From the human T2T-CHM13v2.0 reference genome, Homo sapiens, in NCBI RefSeq assembly GCF_009914755.1, contig NC_060943.1: a stretch of DNA of 64,000 bases. One strand, written 5' to 3'. Shown one piece after another: positions 60,728 through 64,000 of the stretch. The first letter of the stretch is position 1; every line of letters begins with the position of its first letter. Position numbers and translations under genes: made by a program. Under the pieces are notes generated by a model. It was not told where the DNA came from. It searched no databases and saw nothing but the letters and a program-made list of their open reading frames with translations.

Positions 60728-63700
60728 CTATGTCAACCTAATTCTCAGACTCTGCCAGAGACCCAAGGAGGGAAGCCACTGCACGCAGCCTAATGTTCAG
60801 GAATTACATAGTGGTGATGATTACACAACTTTGTGAATATATTAAAAACCAGTGAATTGTACATTTTAAAAAAACAAATGTTGGCCGGGCACGGTGGCTC
60901 ACGCCTGTAATCCCAACACTTTGGGAGGCCAAGGCAGGCGGATCACGAGGTCAGAAATTCAAGACCAGCCCGGCCAATATGGTGAAATCTTGTCTCTACT
61001 AATAATACAAAACTTAGCCAGGCATGGTGGCTCGTGCCTGTAGTCCCAGCTACTGGGGACGCTGAGGCAGGAGAATCGCTTGAACCCCGGAGGCAGAGGT
61101 TGCAGTGAGCTGAGATCACACGCCACTGCACTCCAGCCTGGGCAACAGAGCGAGACTCCGTCTCAAAAAAAAAAAAAGAAAGAAAAAGAAAAACGAAATG
61201 TTGTAATACATTAATTGCACCTCTATTAGAAAGTAAACAAACTTTTAAAAATTGTACAGGCTTTCTAATTACAACACCCTAGACATTAAAAATGCGTAAG
61301 ACTCAGCACTGTAGGAAAGGTTAAAAAAAAAAAAGCACAGGAAAAAAAGGGAAGAGAGCAGTTTGCAACTTGGGGCTGAGGAGGTGGTGGGGGCTGCTCC
61401 TCACCTCCTCTTCTTGGCTGAAACCTGTTTGCCAAGTGGTGATAATGTACTTCCAGTGAAACTCTATCACATAACTCAATAAAAGCAGGGACTTCCCAGC
61501 TCAGAGCCTTCCCCTGGCCTCCACCTCCGGCCAGCTTCCTGCAGGGTGAAGGCCTTGACCAGGCTATGGATGGGGGAGGCGGGAGAGTCCACCCTCCACA
61601 CCCCTCCTCTCCACCGCACAGCAGCCTGCCCAGAGGCCAGCAGAGATCACCTCTCACTCAGCAGGGATCTGCCGCGAGCCAGGAGGCCTGCACTGCCCAG
61701 CTAGGCACAAGGCATGATTCCTGCTGTGGTTATAGCTGGGTAGGGGGGTAGTGAGGCAGCCTATAGAGGTGGAGGGGCTGACCCCGGGCGGGGAGCGCTG
61801 GGCCTCAAACTGCCCCCCAGATACTAATACCTTTTACATGTTTTCAATAGACAGCCATATACCTACATGAAAAGTAGCCTTGATTTCCCCTCTTGTTCCT
61901 AAAGCCTAAAATGTTTACTATGTGGCCCACTGCAGAGAGTCTGCTGACCCTGATGTAAATAAAGGAATGAGGGTGCCGGCGTTTGGGGTGCACACTTTCC
62001 AGGCCAAGGAGGCACAGCAGAGGGGCTGAGCACCTGGAATGGTGCCAGGAGGGAGGGGCAGGCAGGGACCTGGGGCAAGGCCTGGGCAGCTGGGAGGGAG
62101 GCCCAGCCTGGGGCTCCGTGCTCAGCAGCTGCTGCCCTGGAATTCCTGGTCACTTCACCTTTGACCCATATTTTGTAAGTGGGGTCCAAGGGCACAAGGG
62201 CTTGGTGCTGGGGGCTCCTAGCCTGGGCTTGGGGGTCTCTGCACCCACCCGTGGGTGAAATGCCAAACACAAAACACCCTGGCCGACCCAGAGACCTCCA
62301 GGAAAGGAAGATGCTTTTTTCCTGCCTTTTAGCATAAGGGTCCACAAATTCCATAGCCAGAGGGGCCGGGGGCAGCAGAGGAGGGGTAAGGGGTGAGGGG
62401 CCAGAGCTCAGGGTCTGGTCGCTCTTCTAAGAGGGAGGCGGGAAGGAACTCCGCACCGTGGCGACCTGGGACAGGGCCCACACTGCTGTGCATCCCAACT
62501 TCCTCTCCGAGAAGAGGGAGGGGCCGACACCTACCAGGGAGATGTGAAACAACCAGCCTGAGTGACAGCACTATGCCCCTGTGAGCAACGGGCAGCCGCG
62601 GTACCAGTCCTTGGCGTCATCACCGGCTCTGCCACCCGCAGAAATGGCTGAGCCTCAGCTGCCTCCTCTGCAAAGCAGGGACGGGAAGGGCAGGTGCCTT
62701 GCTGAGCTGTGTGGGGACTGAGTGGAGGCTTCTGAGGACTCACCAGGGTTAAGACGGGTGTTCACTCAATGCTCCCCAGTTCTCTTCTTCTCCCGTCCCT
62801 CCAGGCATGCTCTCAGCCCCTGCTGAAGCCTGTGTCCTAATCCATCAGGCCCTACCCCCAGGACCTCATGGCGGGGGCATGGGACCCTCACCCGCAGAGG
62901 TGAACGATGGGAGAGGCGGGGGCACCAGGAGCTGCGGGGGCCTGAGGCAGCTCCTGACCCAGCTCTCAGGGTCCAGGCCAGCTCCCTAGGAGAAGGCCCC
63001 CCACTTGCTCTCAAGAAAACCCTGGGCTATTCAAGGAATCTACCAGAAAGCTGGGAATTGCACATCTTCTGAAACGAGGGTCCCGGCCTCCCTTACCAGC
63101 CTCCGTTTCTCAGTCGGGGTCTCAGGCTCTCCCAGCCTCTGCAGGTGCTTACTCACCTGGCTCTGACCTCCGCTGCAGAGAGGAAGCACCTGGAGCACGG
63201 GCAGGGGTGCGTTCCCCTCGCCCCAGCCCTTGAGAGATCCAATTAGCACAAATGATTGTTATTATTGTTGTTATTAAGTCCCGCCCACCCCTCTGGAGGC
63301 CTGCCTGCCAATTATCCCCTTTCTTCTGCTGCCAATCTCACCTCCTCCTCCCCCCGCACTCTCGGAAGCAACTCCTCCTGGCCCTCCGTGGCCCTCCCTG
63401 CCCAGAAACTTCTCTGGCACCCACCTGCTTTCTTCCTCCCCCCAGTCTCTTATTCCTTCCCCTCTACTTGCAGCCTGGAGCAGCCACCTCCCTTCCTTCC
63501 CCCCAAGTCATCCTCCAACCACTGGGCTAACACCCTCTCTGACTTTTCACCAAATCCTGTGGCTCCTTCTCAGCCTGACTCCACAACCTCTTTGGAGCCA
63601 CCATGCACCCCATGTGGCCCTGCCTTTGTGGGGCGGGGGAGGAGCTCTGGGGTGCCCAGACCAGCCGTCCCCCCCACCCCACCCCCTCCAGCACGGAGGG

Positions 63701-64000
63701 CTCTGGCCCTTTCCTCCCTCCCACCCTCACTCTCTTCTCCCCATTCCCCTTCCCTTGGGGCTTTCGCTCCCTCCCACCACGATCCTGGCTCCCACCCTGC
63801 CTCTTGGAAGTGCCCTCCTCACACCACACACCAACTCATCTTCCTGAAGTCACTCAGTTCAAACAACCCAATTAGAACCCGGGCAAAGGATCCGAGAAAG
63901 CATTCCTCCAAAGAAAGACAAATATCTGATAGGCACATGCAAGGATGTCCTCATGAGCCGTCTGGGAGAGGCAGACCAAACCCACAGGGAGGCAGCACCT

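Overview
Human (primate) genomic DNA that I recognise as 19q13.43. On the + strand are the last four coding exons of NLRP5/MATER: three 171-nt LRR exons plus the terminal exon ending ...DDRYWWKN*, with a polyA signal near 12984. On the - strand, convergent with it, are both coding exons of the KRAB-less C2H2 gene ZNF787 (53934-54022 and 38876-39945; 382 aa). Its non-coding first exon and promoter lie beyond the window. The left ~35 kb is very Alu-dense, with deeply nested L1, DNA-transposon and LTR insertions. The right ~27 kb is GC/CpG-rich and holds about ten unrelated minisatellites inside ZNF787 introns, plus a Y3 RNA retropseudogene. I found no prokaryote-type system (CRISPR, operon). The best candidates for unannotated biology are: (1) an in-frame 177-nt MITE-derived cassette exon in the last NLRP5 intron; (2) a zinc-finger-less 64-aa ZNF787 isoform from an intronic terminal exon/polyA, and a candidate poison exon; (3) a VNTR built from a YY1-core/ETS/NF-kB composite unit; (4) an L1-derived CpG-rich VNTR within a strongly GC-shifted L1; (5) a compound hexamer repeat; (6) an inverted Alu pair separated by only ~33 nt. 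Repeat subfamily names are from memory of consensus sequences, and repeat boundaries are approximate.
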